Of a stretch of 64,000 nucleotides of DNA, positions 51,229 to 61,412 are shown piece after piece. Made by a program: the position numbers and the translations under genes. Below the pieces are notes generated by a model. It did no database searches. It was not told the DNA's origin and worked only from the letters and a program-made list of their open reading frames with translations. The number at the start of each line of letters is the position of its first letter. The first letter of the stretch is position 1. Source of the stretch: Burkholderiales bacterium (lineage in GTDB: Bacteria > Pseudomonadota > Gammaproteobacteria > Burkholderiales > SG8-39); assembly GCA_035550695.1 (NCBI GenBank), contig DASZOS010000007.1, positions 19,433 to 83,432 of the forward strand, written 5' to 3'.

Positions 51229-52145
51229 TGGAGTCGCTGCAGCCTTTCACGTACCAGCCTGCCCACCTCGAGCGCGAGCTCGAGCGCGCGGGCGCCGCTT
51301 TCGCCGTCGACCGCAACCGCCTTTTTCTCCAGCAGAGCACGCATGAAGGCCTCCATCTGCGCCGCGAGCGCATCTCCACTGTGCGTTTGCTCGACCTCCT
51401 CGATCACCCCGCCGGCCTGCCTGACATAGCGCAGCTTTCCCGCCTGCAGGTCGGCCGACACGTAGACGTCAGTCTGGAACACGCGCAGCTTTCGCACCGG
51501 CGCCTGGCTCACGCGGCTCGCCGAGAGGTTCGCCACGCAGCCGTCGGAGAACTCGATGCGCGCGTTGGCGATGTCGATGTCGCCGGTAAGCACCCGAAAG
51601 CCGCAAGCGCTCACCCCGGTCACCTCGCCCTTCGCGAGCGCGAGCGCGAGATCGAGGTCGTGAATCATCAGGTCGAGCACCACGTCGACGTCCGCGCCGC
51701 GCAGCTTGAAGCCGGAGAGGCGCTCCGCCTCGATGAACAGCGGCCTCTGCATGCGTGCGGCAAGCGCGCGGAAGGCGGCGTTGTAGCGCTCCACGTGGCC
51801 GACCTGCAATACGATGTTCTTCCTCTTCGCAACGGAAATCAGTTGCCTCGACTCGTCGAGGTCCACCGCGAGGGGCTTTTCGACCAGGACATGCATTCCC
51901 GCCTCGAGACAGGCGCCGGCCACCTCGCGATGGCGCTCGGTCGGCACCGCGATCACCGCGGCGTCGGCGAGACCGAGGATGCCGCGATAGTCGGTAAAGG
52001 CCGGGCAGCCATGCGCGCCGGCGAGCGTCTCGGCGCGCCTGCGGTCGACGTCGGCGACGGCCACGAGCCTGCAGTCGTTGCGCGCGGCGAGCTTCTGGGC
52101 GTGATAGCGGCCCATGTGCCCGGCGCCAACCACCGCGACTCTCAA
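51225..52145 (-). CDS. Gfo/Idh/MocA-family NAD-dependent oxidoreductase (GnnA-like)
   Basis: TTG start gives MRVAVVGAGHMGRYH (Rossmann fold), then VLVEKPLA. TTGA overlap with the upstream acyltransferase stop and ATGA overlap with the aminotransferase. Confidence 0.8.
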   Translation of the reverse strand: MRVAVVGAGHMGRYHAQKLAARNDCRLVAVADVDRRRAETLAGAHGCPAFTDYRGILGLADAAVIAVPTERHREVAGACLEAGMHVLVEKPLAVDLDESRQLISVAKRKNIVLQVGHVERYNAAFRALAARMQRPLFIEAERLSGFKLRGADVDVVLDLMIHDLDLALALAKGEVTGVSACGFRVLTGDIDIANARIEFSDGCVANLSASRVSQAPVRKLRVFQTDVYVSADLQAGKLRYVRQAGGVIEEVEQTHSGDALAAQMEAFMRALLEKKAVAVDGESGARALELALEVGRLVRERLQRLQ

Positions 52146-53002
52146 TAGAATTTCGGCTCTCCTTCCGGGCGCGTCTTGAAGCGCTTGTGCAGCCAGTGGT
52201 ACTGCTCGGGCATCTCCAGCACGCGCTCCTCGATGAAAGCGTTCATGCGGCGGGCGTCGGCCGCGTCGTCGCCGCTGGGAAAAGCGCTCCACGCCGGGTA
52301 CAGCGTGGCGACATAGCCGCCGCCGGGGAGCATGCGTGTCACGCAGGGCACGACGGCCGCGCCCGTAGAGCGAGCAATATACGACAGTCCGGTCACCGTC
52401 GCCGCCGGCACGCCGAAGAACGGCACGAAAACCGCGCGCTTCGGCCCGAAGTCGAGATCCGGCAGATAGTAATAGACCGCGCCGCTCCCGACTGCGGCGA
52501 TCGCCTCCTTGACGCCCGCCTGGCGCGGGAAAATCGTCGCGCCGAAGCGGCTGCGCCCGGCGAGCATCAGGCGGTCGAAGCGCGGGTCCTTCTGCCGCGC
52601 GTACATCAGCGCCATCGGGAAATCGAAGCACAGTCGCGCCCAAGTGACGTCGAAGCCGACGAAATGCGGCGCAAATACGATCACCGGCTTGCCGGCGAGG
52701 GTGCGCAGATGCTCCAGCCCTTCGATACGCACCATGCGCTTGATCCGCTCGGGCGACGCCCACCACAAGATGCCGCGGTCGAGGAACGCGCGCACGAACG
52801 CGCGGAAATGAGCGCGCGCGAGCTTTTCGCGGCGCCTCGCGTCCATGTCGGGAAAGCACAGACGCAGGTTGACGCGCGTCACGTGGCGACGCTCTGGGAT
52901 GAGCCAGAACAGCGTCGATCCGACGACGTTTCCCAACGCCGCGATAGCCCGCAGCGGCAGGAGATGCGCGAGCCACATGCAGCCGAACACGAGCCGGGTC
53001 AT
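52142..53002 (-). CDS. Lipid A biosynthesis (Kdo)2-lipid IVA acyltransferase, LpxL/HtrB family
   Basis: HX4D motif PHFVGFD. C-terminal PEQYHWLHKRFK. Confidence 0.85.
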   Translation of the reverse strand: MTRLVFGCMWLAHLLPLRAIAALGNVVGSTLFWLIPERRHVTRVNLRLCFPDMDARRREKLARAHFRAFVRAFLDRGILWWASPERIKRMVRIEGLEHLRTLAGKPVIVFAPHFVGFDVTWARLCFDFPMALMYARQKDPRFDRLMLAGRSRFGATIFPRQAGVKEAIAAVGSGAVYYYLPDLDFGPKRAVFVPFFGVPAATVTGLSYIARSTGAAVVPCVTRMLPGGGYVATLYPAWSAFPSGDDAADARRMNAFIEERVLEMPEQYHWLHKRFKTRPEGEPKFY

Positions 53003-53874
53003 GGCGGCGGCGGGGCGCCTGCCGGCACCTTGTAGCGGTTGTACCCCCACAGGTACTGCTCCGGGCATTCGCGCACCAGCGTCTCGAGCGCGCGGTTGAG
53101 CCGCCTTGTCGCAGTTTCTCCCTCGAGTTTCTCTGGAAGAGGCCGAAGGACGATGGAGTAGCCGCGCCCGCGCTCGAGCCGCCGCCCGTAGGCGAGAAAG
53201 CACGCCACGCCCTCGCGCTCGGCGAGCTTCGCCGCGAGCGTCATGGTGTAGGCGGGGCGGCCGAAGAACGGCGCCCACTCGCCCTCGCCCTTGCCCGGCA
53301 CCTGGTCCGGGAGGAAGCCGACCGCTTCGCCGCGCCGCAGCGCCTTGAAGAGCTCGCGCACCCCGCTCACGTCGGCCGGCGCGAGCCGCATGTTCGCTCG
53401 CGCGCGCCCTGCCCGCATCAGCGGCTCCAGCCAGCCGAGCTTCGGCGGCCGGTAGAGCACGGTGATCGGCGCGCGCATCGCGGCGTACTGCGCCGTGACC
53501 TCGAAGCAGCCCATGTGCGGCGTGAGGAAGAGCAGCGGCCTGCCCTGCGCGCGCTCGGCGAGCGCTACCTCCTCACCGATCACCTCGCGCACGAGCGCGG
53601 CGACGCTGGCGTGCGGCCGGAACCAGATCGCCGGCAGCTCGGCAAGCATCCTGCCCGCCGAAGCGATCGCTTCGCGCCGGACGCGCGCCGCGCTGTAGCC
53701 CGCCTGCGCGAGATTGCCGCGCAGATTGCGCCGGTAGGTGGGCGATATCCCATAGATCGCCCAGCCGAGGGCGGTTCCCACGGCGTGCAGCAGCGAAAGC
53801 GGCAATCTCGCGATCAGCCGGAGCAACACGCTGGGGAACCGTGACAAGTTTTTGGTATCCTTGCGGCCTTCCAT
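52999..53874 (-). CDS. Second lipid A late acyltransferase (LpxL/LpxM family)
   Basis: HX4E motif PHMGCFE. C-terminal PEQYLWGYNRYK. ATG at 53874 is preferred over TTG at 53892. Confidence 0.8.
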   Translation of the reverse strand: MEGRKDTKNLSRFPSVLLRLIARLPLSLLHAVGTALGWAIYGISPTYRRNLRGNLAQAGYSAARVRREAIASAGRMLAELPAIWFRPHASVAALVREVIGEEVALAERAQGRPLLFLTPHMGCFEVTAQYAAMRAPITVLYRPPKLGWLEPLMRAGRARANMRLAPADVSGVRELFKALRRGEAVGFLPDQVPGKGEGEWAPFFGRPAYTMTLAAKLAEREGVACFLAYGRRLERGRGYSIVLRPLPEKLEGETATRRLNRALETLVRECPEQYLWGYNRYKVPAGAPPPP

Positions 53875-53891
53875 AAGAAGGCGCGCACGCA

Positions 53892-55049
53892 ATGAGCGAT
53901 TTTCTGTTTACTTCTGAATCGGTATCCGAGGGCCATCCCGACAAGGTCGCTGACCAGATCTCGGACGCGGTGCTCGACGCGATTCTAGCCCAGGACCCGC
54001 GCTCGCGCGTCGCCGCCGAGACCCTGGTGAAGAACAACCTCGTGGTGCTGGCCGGCGAGATCACGACCAATGCGCGGGTGAATTTCGACGCGGTCGCGCG
54101 CAAGACCATCCGCCGCATCGGCTACACCGACCCCACGATCGGCTTCGATACGCATACCTGCACCGTCATCGTGGCCTACGGCGAGCAGTCGCGCGACATC
54201 GCCCAGGGGGTCGACGAGGGCAAGGGGCTCGATCTCGACCAGGGCGCGGGCGACCAGGGCCTCATGTTCGGCTACGCCTGCGACGAGACGCCGAGCCTCA
54301 TGCCGATGGCGATCTACCTTTCGCATCGCCTGGTCGAGCGCCAGGCCGAAGTGCGCCGCGACGGGCGGCTCGCGTGGCTGCGCCCCGACGCCAAGTCCCA
54401 GGTGACGATGCGCTACGCGAACGGCAAGCCCGACTCGATCGACACCGTGGTGCTCTCCACGCAGCACGCGCCCGGCCTGTCGCACAAGCAGATCGAGGAG
54501 GCGGTGATCGAGAGCATCATCAAGCCGGTGCTGCCGAAGAACATGATGAAGGGCAAGCTGCGCTACCTCGTCAACCCGACGGGCAGCTTCGAGATCGGCG
54601 GCCCGACCGGAGACTGCGGGCTCACCGGCCGCAAGATCATCGTCGACACCTACGGCGGCTCGGCACCGCACGGCGGCGGCGCATTTTCGGGCAAGGATCC
54701 CTCCAAGGTCGACCGCTCCGCCGCGTACGCGGCCCGCTACGTGGCGAAGAACGTCGTCGCCGCTGGGCTCGCCGCCAAGTGCCTGGTGCAGCTCTCCTAC
54801 GCCATCGGCGTCGCGAAGCCGACGAGCGTCATGATCACCACGCAGGGCACCGGCAAGCTCTCCGACGACAAGATCGCGCAGCTCGTGGCCGCGAACTTCG
54901 ACCTGCGCCCGAAAGGCATCATCCAGATGCTCGACCTGCTGCGGCCGATCTACGAGAAGACCGCGGCCTACGGCCACTTCGGCCGCGAGGAGCCCGAGTT
55001 CACCTGGGAAGCGACCGACAAGGCGCTCGCGCTCAAGCAGGCGGCGTAA
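53892..55049 (+). CDS. metK: S-adenosylmethionine synthetase
   Basis: [51 protein letters not shown]. Confidence 0.97.
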   Translation: MSDFLFTSESVSEGHPDKVADQISDAVLDAILAQDPRSRVAAETLVKNNLVVLAGEITTNARVNFDAVARKTIRRIGYTDPTIGFDTHTCTVIVAYGEQSRDIAQGVDEGKGLDLDQGAGDQGLMFGYACDETPSLMPMAIYLSHRLVERQAEVRRDGRLAWLRPDAKSQVTMRYANGKPDSIDTVVLSTQHAPGLSHKQIEEAVIESIIKPVLPKNMMKGKLRYLVNPTGSFEIGGPTGDCGLTGRKIIVDTYGGSAPHGGGAFSGKDPSKVDRSAAYAARYVAKNVVAAGLAAKCLVQLSYAIGVAKPTSVMITTQGTGKLSDDKIAQLVAANFDLRPKGIIQMLDLLRPIYEKTAAYGHFGREEPEFTWEATDKALALKQAA

Positions 55050-55062
55050 AAAGGACCCGGCC

Positions 55063-56181
55063 ATGGCAGCCCGCAACCAGCCCCCGTTCCGCGCCGACCA
55101 CGTCGGCAGCCTGCTGCGCCCCAGGGAATTGCACGACCTGCGCGACAAGGTGCGCCAGGGCAAGGCTCCGGCCTCCGAGCTCAAGCAGGCCGAGGACCGG
55201 CTGATACGCGACGTCGTCAAGCTGCAGGAGGAGCTCGGCCTGCGCTCGATCACCGACGGCGAGTTCCGCCGCGACTGGTGGCACATCGACTTCATCCACG
55301 GCTTCGACGGCGTCGAGCTCGCCGCGGGCAACGCCTACGGCGAGGCGAAGTTCAAGGACACCGACGAGCAGCCGCCGTTCATGCAGGTGCAGGCGAAGAT
55401 CCGGCGCTCGAAGCCGAGCATGCTGGACCACTTCACGTTCCTGAAGTCGGTGGTCACCAAGGGCATGCCCAAGTTCACGATGCCCTCGCCCGCGATGCTG
55501 CATGCGCGCTGCGATCGCGCCTGGCTGAAGAAAACCTATCCCGACCTGGACGAGTTCTGGGCCGACCTCACGCGCGCCTATCGCCAGGAGATCGCCGACC
55601 TCTACAAGGCAGGCTGCCGCTATTTGCAGATCGACGACACCACGATCGCGATGTGGGGCGATCCGAAAGTACAGGAGCAGTTCAAGAAGCTCGGCGACGA
55701 CCCGAAAAAGGACGCCGAGATGTACGCCGCCGCGGTCAACGCCGCGATCCGCGAGGTGCCCGACGACATGACCGTCGCGATCCACACCTGCCGGGGCAAC
55801 TTCAAGAGCACCTGGCTCGCGGCCGGCGCCTACGCCGACTTCGTCGCCGAGCGCGTGTTCACGGGCCTGGACGTCGATGCCTTCTTCCTCGAGTACGACA
55901 CCGAGCGCGCCGGCGGCTTCGAGCCGCTGCGCTTCGTGCCGAAGGGCAAGGTCGTGGTGCTCGGGCTGGTGAGCTCCAAGGTGCCCGAGCTCGAGGCCAA
56001 GGATCAGCTCAAGCGCCGTATCGAGGCCGCGTCCAAATACGTGCCGCTCGAGAACCTGTGCCTCTCCCCGCAGTGCGGCTTCTCCAGCACGCACCACGGC
56101 AACATCCTCAGCGTCGAGCAGGAAAAGGCGAAGCTGCGCCTTTGCATCGACACCGCGAAAGAGGTGTGGGGCGCGGTCTAG
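55063..56181 (+). CDS. Cobalamin-independent methionine synthase II family protein (MetE C-terminal-domain-like)
   Basis: RADHVGSLLRP, ITDGEFRR, HTCRGN, and LSPQCGFSS (Zn-ligand Cys). Confidence 0.8.
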   Translation: MAARNQPPFRADHVGSLLRPRELHDLRDKVRQGKAPASELKQAEDRLIRDVVKLQEELGLRSITDGEFRRDWWHIDFIHGFDGVELAAGNAYGEAKFKDTDEQPPFMQVQAKIRRSKPSMLDHFTFLKSVVTKGMPKFTMPSPAMLHARCDRAWLKKTYPDLDEFWADLTRAYRQEIADLYKAGCRYLQIDDTTIAMWGDPKVQEQFKKLGDDPKKDAEMYAAAVNAAIREVPDDMTVAIHTCRGNFKSTWLAAGAYADFVAERVFTGLDVDAFFLEYDTERAGGFEPLRFVPKGKVVVLGLVSSKVPELEAKDQLKRRIEAASKYVPLENLCLSPQCGFSSTHHGNILSVEQEKAKLRLCIDTAKEVWGAV

Positions 56182-57317
56182 GCGAAGGCGATGTAGCTGC
56201 CTGCAGCGGCGGCAACAAGCATCGTGACGAAGAGCAGGCGTGGCGCGGCATCGTTCCACAGCCTGCGCCGCAGGCTTACCGGCCGCGGCGAGCGCCCGAG
56301 AAGCCGGCGGTCGCCCCGGCCCGGCTTCGCAACGCGCTGCAGTGCCGCGCTCGAATCGAACTGGCGGGATAGCGGCAGCCGCGTCTCGGGCGCGATAACC
56401 GCCGCCGCGGGCGCGTTTTCGTTCGCCTCGAGCTTTACGGTCCTGGTCACGTCGGGTGCCATCTCTGCCGCAGGAGCGCTGCGGTGGCGCAGCTCGGCAA
56501 GGCAGGTGCGCAGGTCGGCCGCCAGCTCGTAGGCGTCCTGGTAGCGCACAGCGGGGTCCTTCTTCAGCGCCCGCGCGACCACGAAGTCGAGCATCGAGGT
56601 GGCGTCCGGATTGTGCCGCGACGGCGGCGCATGTTCGACGTTGCTCACGTTGTGCGCGATCTGCGGCGTGTCCTCGCCCGCGAACAGCATCGATCCGGTG
56701 AGCATCTCGTACAGCACCACGCCGAGCGAGAAGATGTCGGAGCGATGGTCGACCGGCATGCCCGCGATCTGCTCCGGCGACATGAAGCGCGGCGTGCCGA
56801 GAACCATGCCGGTGCTCGTCTTGAAGTCCTCCGAGCGCATGCGCGCGATGCCGAAGTCCATGATCTTCACGTCGCCGCGCTCGAGCAGCATGATGTTCCC
56901 GGGCTTGATGTCGCGATGCACGATGCCGCGCTCGTGCGCGAAACCCAGGCCATCGGCGACCTGAACCGCGATATCCACCGCCTCGGCCGCGGGCAGCGGT
57001 CCCTGCTTCAGGCGCTCGCGGAGCTCGACGCCCTCGAGCAGCTCCATGGCGATGTAGGCGAGCTCGCCCTCCTCGCCGAAGTCGAATGTCGTGACGATGT
57101 TCGGATGCGTGAGCCTGCCGGCCGCGCGCGCCTCGAGAGCAAGGCGCTTCTGGTAGTCCTTGCGCCCGTCGGCGTCGTCCGCAAGCACGATGGTCTTCAG
57201 CGCGACGATGCGGTCGAGCGCCGGGTCCTTGGCGCGATAAACGATGCCCATGGCGCCTCGCCCCAGCTCCTCCAGGATCTTGTACCGGCCTATCTGCCCG
57301 GGCTTCTTCCTGCTCAC
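56178..57317 (-). CDS. Hanks-type Ser/Thr protein kinase with a C-terminal membrane anchor
   Basis: GRGAMGIVY, VALK, HRDIKPGNIML, DFG, SPEQ. Hydrophobic C-terminus LLFVTMLVAAAAGSYIAFA. GTG start in a GTGA overlap. Confidence 0.9.
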   Translation of the reverse strand: MSRKKPGQIGRYKILEELGRGAMGIVYRAKDPALDRIVALKTIVLADDADGRKDYQKRLALEARAAGRLTHPNIVTTFDFGEEGELAYIAMELLEGVELRERLKQGPLPAAEAVDIAVQVADGLGFAHERGIVHRDIKPGNIMLLERGDVKIMDFGIARMRSEDFKTSTGMVLGTPRFMSPEQIAGMPVDHRSDIFSLGVVLYEMLTGSMLFAGEDTPQIAHNVSNVEHAPPSRHNPDATSMLDFVVARALKKDPAVRYQDAYELAADLRTCLAELRHRSAPAAEMAPDVTRTVKLEANENAPAAAVIAPETRLPLSRQFDSSAALQRVAKPGRGDRRLLGRSPRPVSLRRRLWNDAAPRLLFVTMLVAAAAGSYIAFA

Positions 57318-58018
57318 TGGAGCTTCACCTTCTGCGCAAGCGCGCGCACCCGCCTCTCCCCCTGGGCGCTCATCGCCCGGTACTTGCCCGCGACGCCGCT
57401 CATGACCGATTCGTACCCCTGCTCGGAGACCCGCGCCCCGATTCCCGCGGCGAGCAGCGCCAGGGCTGCCGCCACGCTCAGGGTCGAATAGCGCATGCGG
57501 CGGCGCGCCGCCGCGCGCCTGTCGCGGGTGAAGAGCTCGTGCCTGCGCAAGCCCGAATCGGTGGCCGTTCCGGCGGGAACAAGCGACGACTCGGCGCCCG
57601 GGGCCGCATCCGACAGCGCATCGCGGAACGCATGCGATACGCGCAGCTCGGACGGTGGCGCGAACTGCGCCACGGCTGCCGCGACCGCTATGCCGTCGCC
57701 CACCATCGCGTCCGGCTTGCCGTTGCCGATAACCCGCACTGCGCCATGGTCGACTCCGGCGGACACGGGAAGGCCCGCTACCGCCGCGCTCAGCGCCCGC
57801 CCGGCCAGGCGCAGCGCGCCCTGGGGATCGCGCAGCACGACGATCGCCATTCCGTCCGTGGCGTCGAGCACTATCCGGCTTGCGCGGTCGATCTCGGCCG
57901 TAGTCACCGCGACGACGGCTTCGAGCTGGGCACGCAGCCGCGCCTGCTCGCTCACCGGGCGGCGCGCGAAGTCGTGCACCTTGAGGAACACGACACTCGC
58001 CATGACCGATGCGCTCAT
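57314..58018 (-). CDS. Membrane-anchored protein with a degenerate class III cyclase-homology domain
   Basis: Collinear with the CHD fold: VVFLKVHDF (compare VLFADIVGF), ATDGMAIVV, SAGVDHGAVRVIG, MVGDGIAVAAAVAQ. The first-metal Asp context is lost. TM segment YSTLSVAAALALLAAGIGA. Start is at 58018 or 58003. Confidence 0.5.
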   Translation of the reverse strand: MSASVMASVVFLKVHDFARRPVSEQARLRAQLEAVVAVTTAEIDRASRIVLDATDGMAIVVLRDPQGALRLAGRALSAAVAGLPVSAGVDHGAVRVIGNGKPDAMVGDGIAVAAAVAQFAPPSELRVSHAFRDALSDAAPGAESSLVPAGTATDSGLRRHELFTRDRRAAARRRMRYSTLSVAAALALLAAGIGARVSEQGYESVMSGVAGKYRAMSAQGERRVRALAQKVKLQ

Positions 58019-58045
58019 GCGCGCAGCATGCAGGTTCGATCCGCC

Positions 58046-58074
58046 TTTTAAAAGGAAAAATAACCGGTTAGAAT
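58046..58074 (+). promoter_or_regulatory. Candidate promoter for the riboswitch-ahcY transcript
   Basis: TAGAAT at 58069-58074 with TTTAAA-like -35 about 17 nt upstream, in an AT-rich patch. The predicted start falls just before the riboswitch. Confidence 0.3.
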
Positions 58075-58078
58075 CACG

Positions 58079-58150
58079 CCCGCTGAGGAGCGTTGCGTCC
58101 CCGGGGTAGCTGCGGGGGTCAGGCTCAGCTAAATTCAACGGCGCTCGCAT
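58079..58150 (+). promoter_or_regulatory. SAH (S-adenosylhomocysteine) riboswitch
   Basis: CTGAGGAGCGTTGCG-(hairpin TCCCCGGGGTAGCTGCGGGGG)-TCAGGCTCAGC...TTCAACGGCGCTCGC matches the conserved GAGGAGCGYUGCG / CAGGCUC / AACGGCGCUC blocks. Located upstream of ahcY. Confidence 0.85.
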
Positions 58151-58180
58151 CGGAAACGGTGCGGGCGCTTTTTGCTTTTT
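58141..58180 (+). terminator. Intrinsic terminator acting as the riboswitch expression platform
   Basis: GCGCTCGCATCG-GAAA-CGGTGCGGGCGC (12-bp stem, 58141-58168) followed by TTTTTGCTTTTT. The 5' arm reuses the riboswitch 3' strand GCGCUC. Confidence 0.65.
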
Positions 58181-58196
58181 GAGGAGATCCGTCGCA

Positions 58197-59606
<1,410 letters not shown>

Positions 59607-59607
59607 A

Positions 59608-60522
59608 ATGAAGATTGCCGCCATGGGCGCGGGCGGCGTGGGCGGCTACTTCGGCGCCCGGCTGCAGCAGGCCGGGCACGAAGTGACGTTCTTCGCGCGT
59701 GGCAGGCACCTGCAGGCGTTGCAGAAGGACGGCCTCACCGTCGAGAGCGCGCACGGCAACGCGCGGCTCAAGGTGCGGGTGTTCGAGGATCCGCGCGAAG
59801 CCGGCATCGCCGACGTGGTGCTCTTCGCGGTCAAGCTCTGGGATACCGAAAGCGCGGCCGAGCGCCTGCGCCCGATCGTCGGCAAGGACACGGTCGTGAT
59901 TCCGTTGCAGAACGGTGTCGAGTCGAGCGAGCGCGTCGGAAAGATCCTGGGCAAGGAAAAGGTGCTCGGCGGCGCGGCCTACATCGGCACGCGCATCAAG
60001 GCGCCCGGCGCGATCGAGCACAGCGGGCAGATGGCGCGGCTGCAGTTCGGTCCGGTGCTCCCCGCTCAGCGTGCGGCCGCAGAGGCGTTTCTGGAAGTAT
60101 GCATGGGGGCAGGCATTCAGGCCGAGATCCCCGACGACATCGTGCGGGCGAGCTGGGAGAAGTTCGTGTTCCTGGTCGCGCTATCCAGCGCCACGGCGGT
60201 GTCGCGCATGCCGATCGGCGTGGTGCGCGCCGACCCGGACCTGCGCTGGCTCCTGGAGCAGGCGATGCGCGAGACCTGGAGCGTGGGCCGGGCGCGCGGC
60301 GTGGCGCTTGCCGACGACTACGTCGAGACGCGCATGAAGTTCGCCGACGGCCTGCACGCGGACATGAAGGCCTCGCTGCTGCACGACCTGGAGGCGGGCG
60401 GGCGGCTCGAGGCGCCCTGGCTGTGCGGCGCGGTGGCGCGCATGGCGCGCGAGGCCGGCTTGGATGCGCCGGTCAACCGCACGGTCTATGCGGCGCTGAA
60501 GCCCTACATCGACGGACGATGA
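59608..60522 (+). CDS. Ketopantoate reductase family (PanE/ApbA) oxidoreductase
   Basis: MKIAAMGAGGVGGYFGARL, LFAVKLWD, PLQNG, SLLHDLEAGGRLE. Confidence 0.8.
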   Translation: MKIAAMGAGGVGGYFGARLQQAGHEVTFFARGRHLQALQKDGLTVESAHGNARLKVRVFEDPREAGIADVVLFAVKLWDTESAAERLRPIVGKDTVVIPLQNGVESSERVGKILGKEKVLGGAAYIGTRIKAPGAIEHSGQMARLQFGPVLPAQRAAAEAFLEVCMGAGIQAEIPDDIVRASWEKFVFLVALSSATAVSRMPIGVVRADPDLRWLLEQAMRETWSVGRARGVALADDYVETRMKFADGLHADMKASLLHDLEAGGRLEAPWLCGAVARMAREAGLDAPVNRTVYAALKPYIDGR

Positions 60523-61412
60523 ACCTGCTCTACGGCACCACGCCGCCGCGGCCGGGGACGCCGCCGGGCGCGGTGGAGGCCGCCGCCGACAAGCTCGCCG
60601 CCAGGCTGAAAGGCCTGCCGCTCGACGCGGTGGTGGTCTACGACATCCAGGACGAAACCGGGCGCACCGAGCTGCCGCGCCCGTTTCCCTTCGTCGGCAC
60701 GATCGACCCGCGCGCTTATTCGCGGCTTCTCGTCGAGCGCTGCGGCCGGCCGGCGATCACCTACAAGAGCCTCGGCAACCTGGACGAGGCCGGCTGGAAC
60801 GCCTGGCTCTTCGAGGCGGCACACGAGTACGGCGTGCGCTTCGTCTCCGTCGTCGGCCGCCCGACTTCCGGAGTGCGCTACCCGCTCGGGCTTTCGCAGG
60901 CGATCCGCATTGCCGCCCATCACGCGGCGGGCTTCACGGTCGGCGGGGTGGTGATCGCGGAGCGCCACGGCCAGGAGCGCAGCGAAGCGGCGCGGCTCCT
61001 TGCCAAGGGCATCGAGGGCTGCGCCTACTTCATCTCGCAGACCGTTTACCACGCGCGGCCGACCGAGCGGCTGCTGCGCGACTACCTGCGCGACTGCCGC
61101 GGCGCGGGCGTCGCCCCGCGCCGCGTGATCCTCACCTTCGCGCCCTGCGGCCGCGAGAAGACGCTCGCCTTCATCCGCTGGCTCGGCGTCAAGGTGCCGC
61201 CGCAGACCGAGCGCGCGATCCTCGGCGCCGCCAACCCGCTCGCCAAGTCGATCGAGATCTGCCGCGATAACCTGCGGCGCATCCTCGATCAGCCGTACCG
61301 CGGCGAAATTCCTCTCGGCGTGAACGTCGAGAGCGTGTCGATCAACCGCGACGAGATCGACGCGAGCATCGAGCTTTTCCACGTCCTCAGAGAGACGCTG
61401 CAGGGCAAATGA
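60519..61412 (+). CDS. Divergent methylenetetrahydrofolate reductase-like protein (MetF fold)
   Basis: Collinear with MTHFR blocks: LLYGTTPPR (compare FEFFPP), [39 protein letters not shown] (compare KVDAGADFAITQ), [12 protein letters not shown] overlaps at both ends. Confidence 0.55.
   Translation: MNLLYGTTPPRPGTPPGAVEAAADKLAARLKGLPLDAVVVYDIQDETGRTELPRPFPFVGTIDPRAYSRLLVERCGRPAITYKSLGNLDEAGWNAWLFEAAHEYGVRFVSVVGRPTSGVRYPLGLSQAIRIAAHHAAGFTVGGVVIAERHGQERSEAARLLAKGIEGCAYFISQTVYHARPTERLLRDYLRDCRGAGVAPRRVILTFAPCGREKTLAFIRWLGVKVPPQTERAILGAANPLAKSIEICRDNLRRILDQPYRGEIPLGVNVESVSINRDEIDASIELFHVLRETLQGK

Noticed and set aside
53875-53891. SAM riboswitch upstream of metK
   Set aside because: Only 17 bp separate metK from the divergent acyltransferase start, so there is no room for a riboswitch.
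55033-56259. 408-aa minus-strand ORF
   Set aside because: It is antisense to the MetE-like gene, which has clear family blocks.
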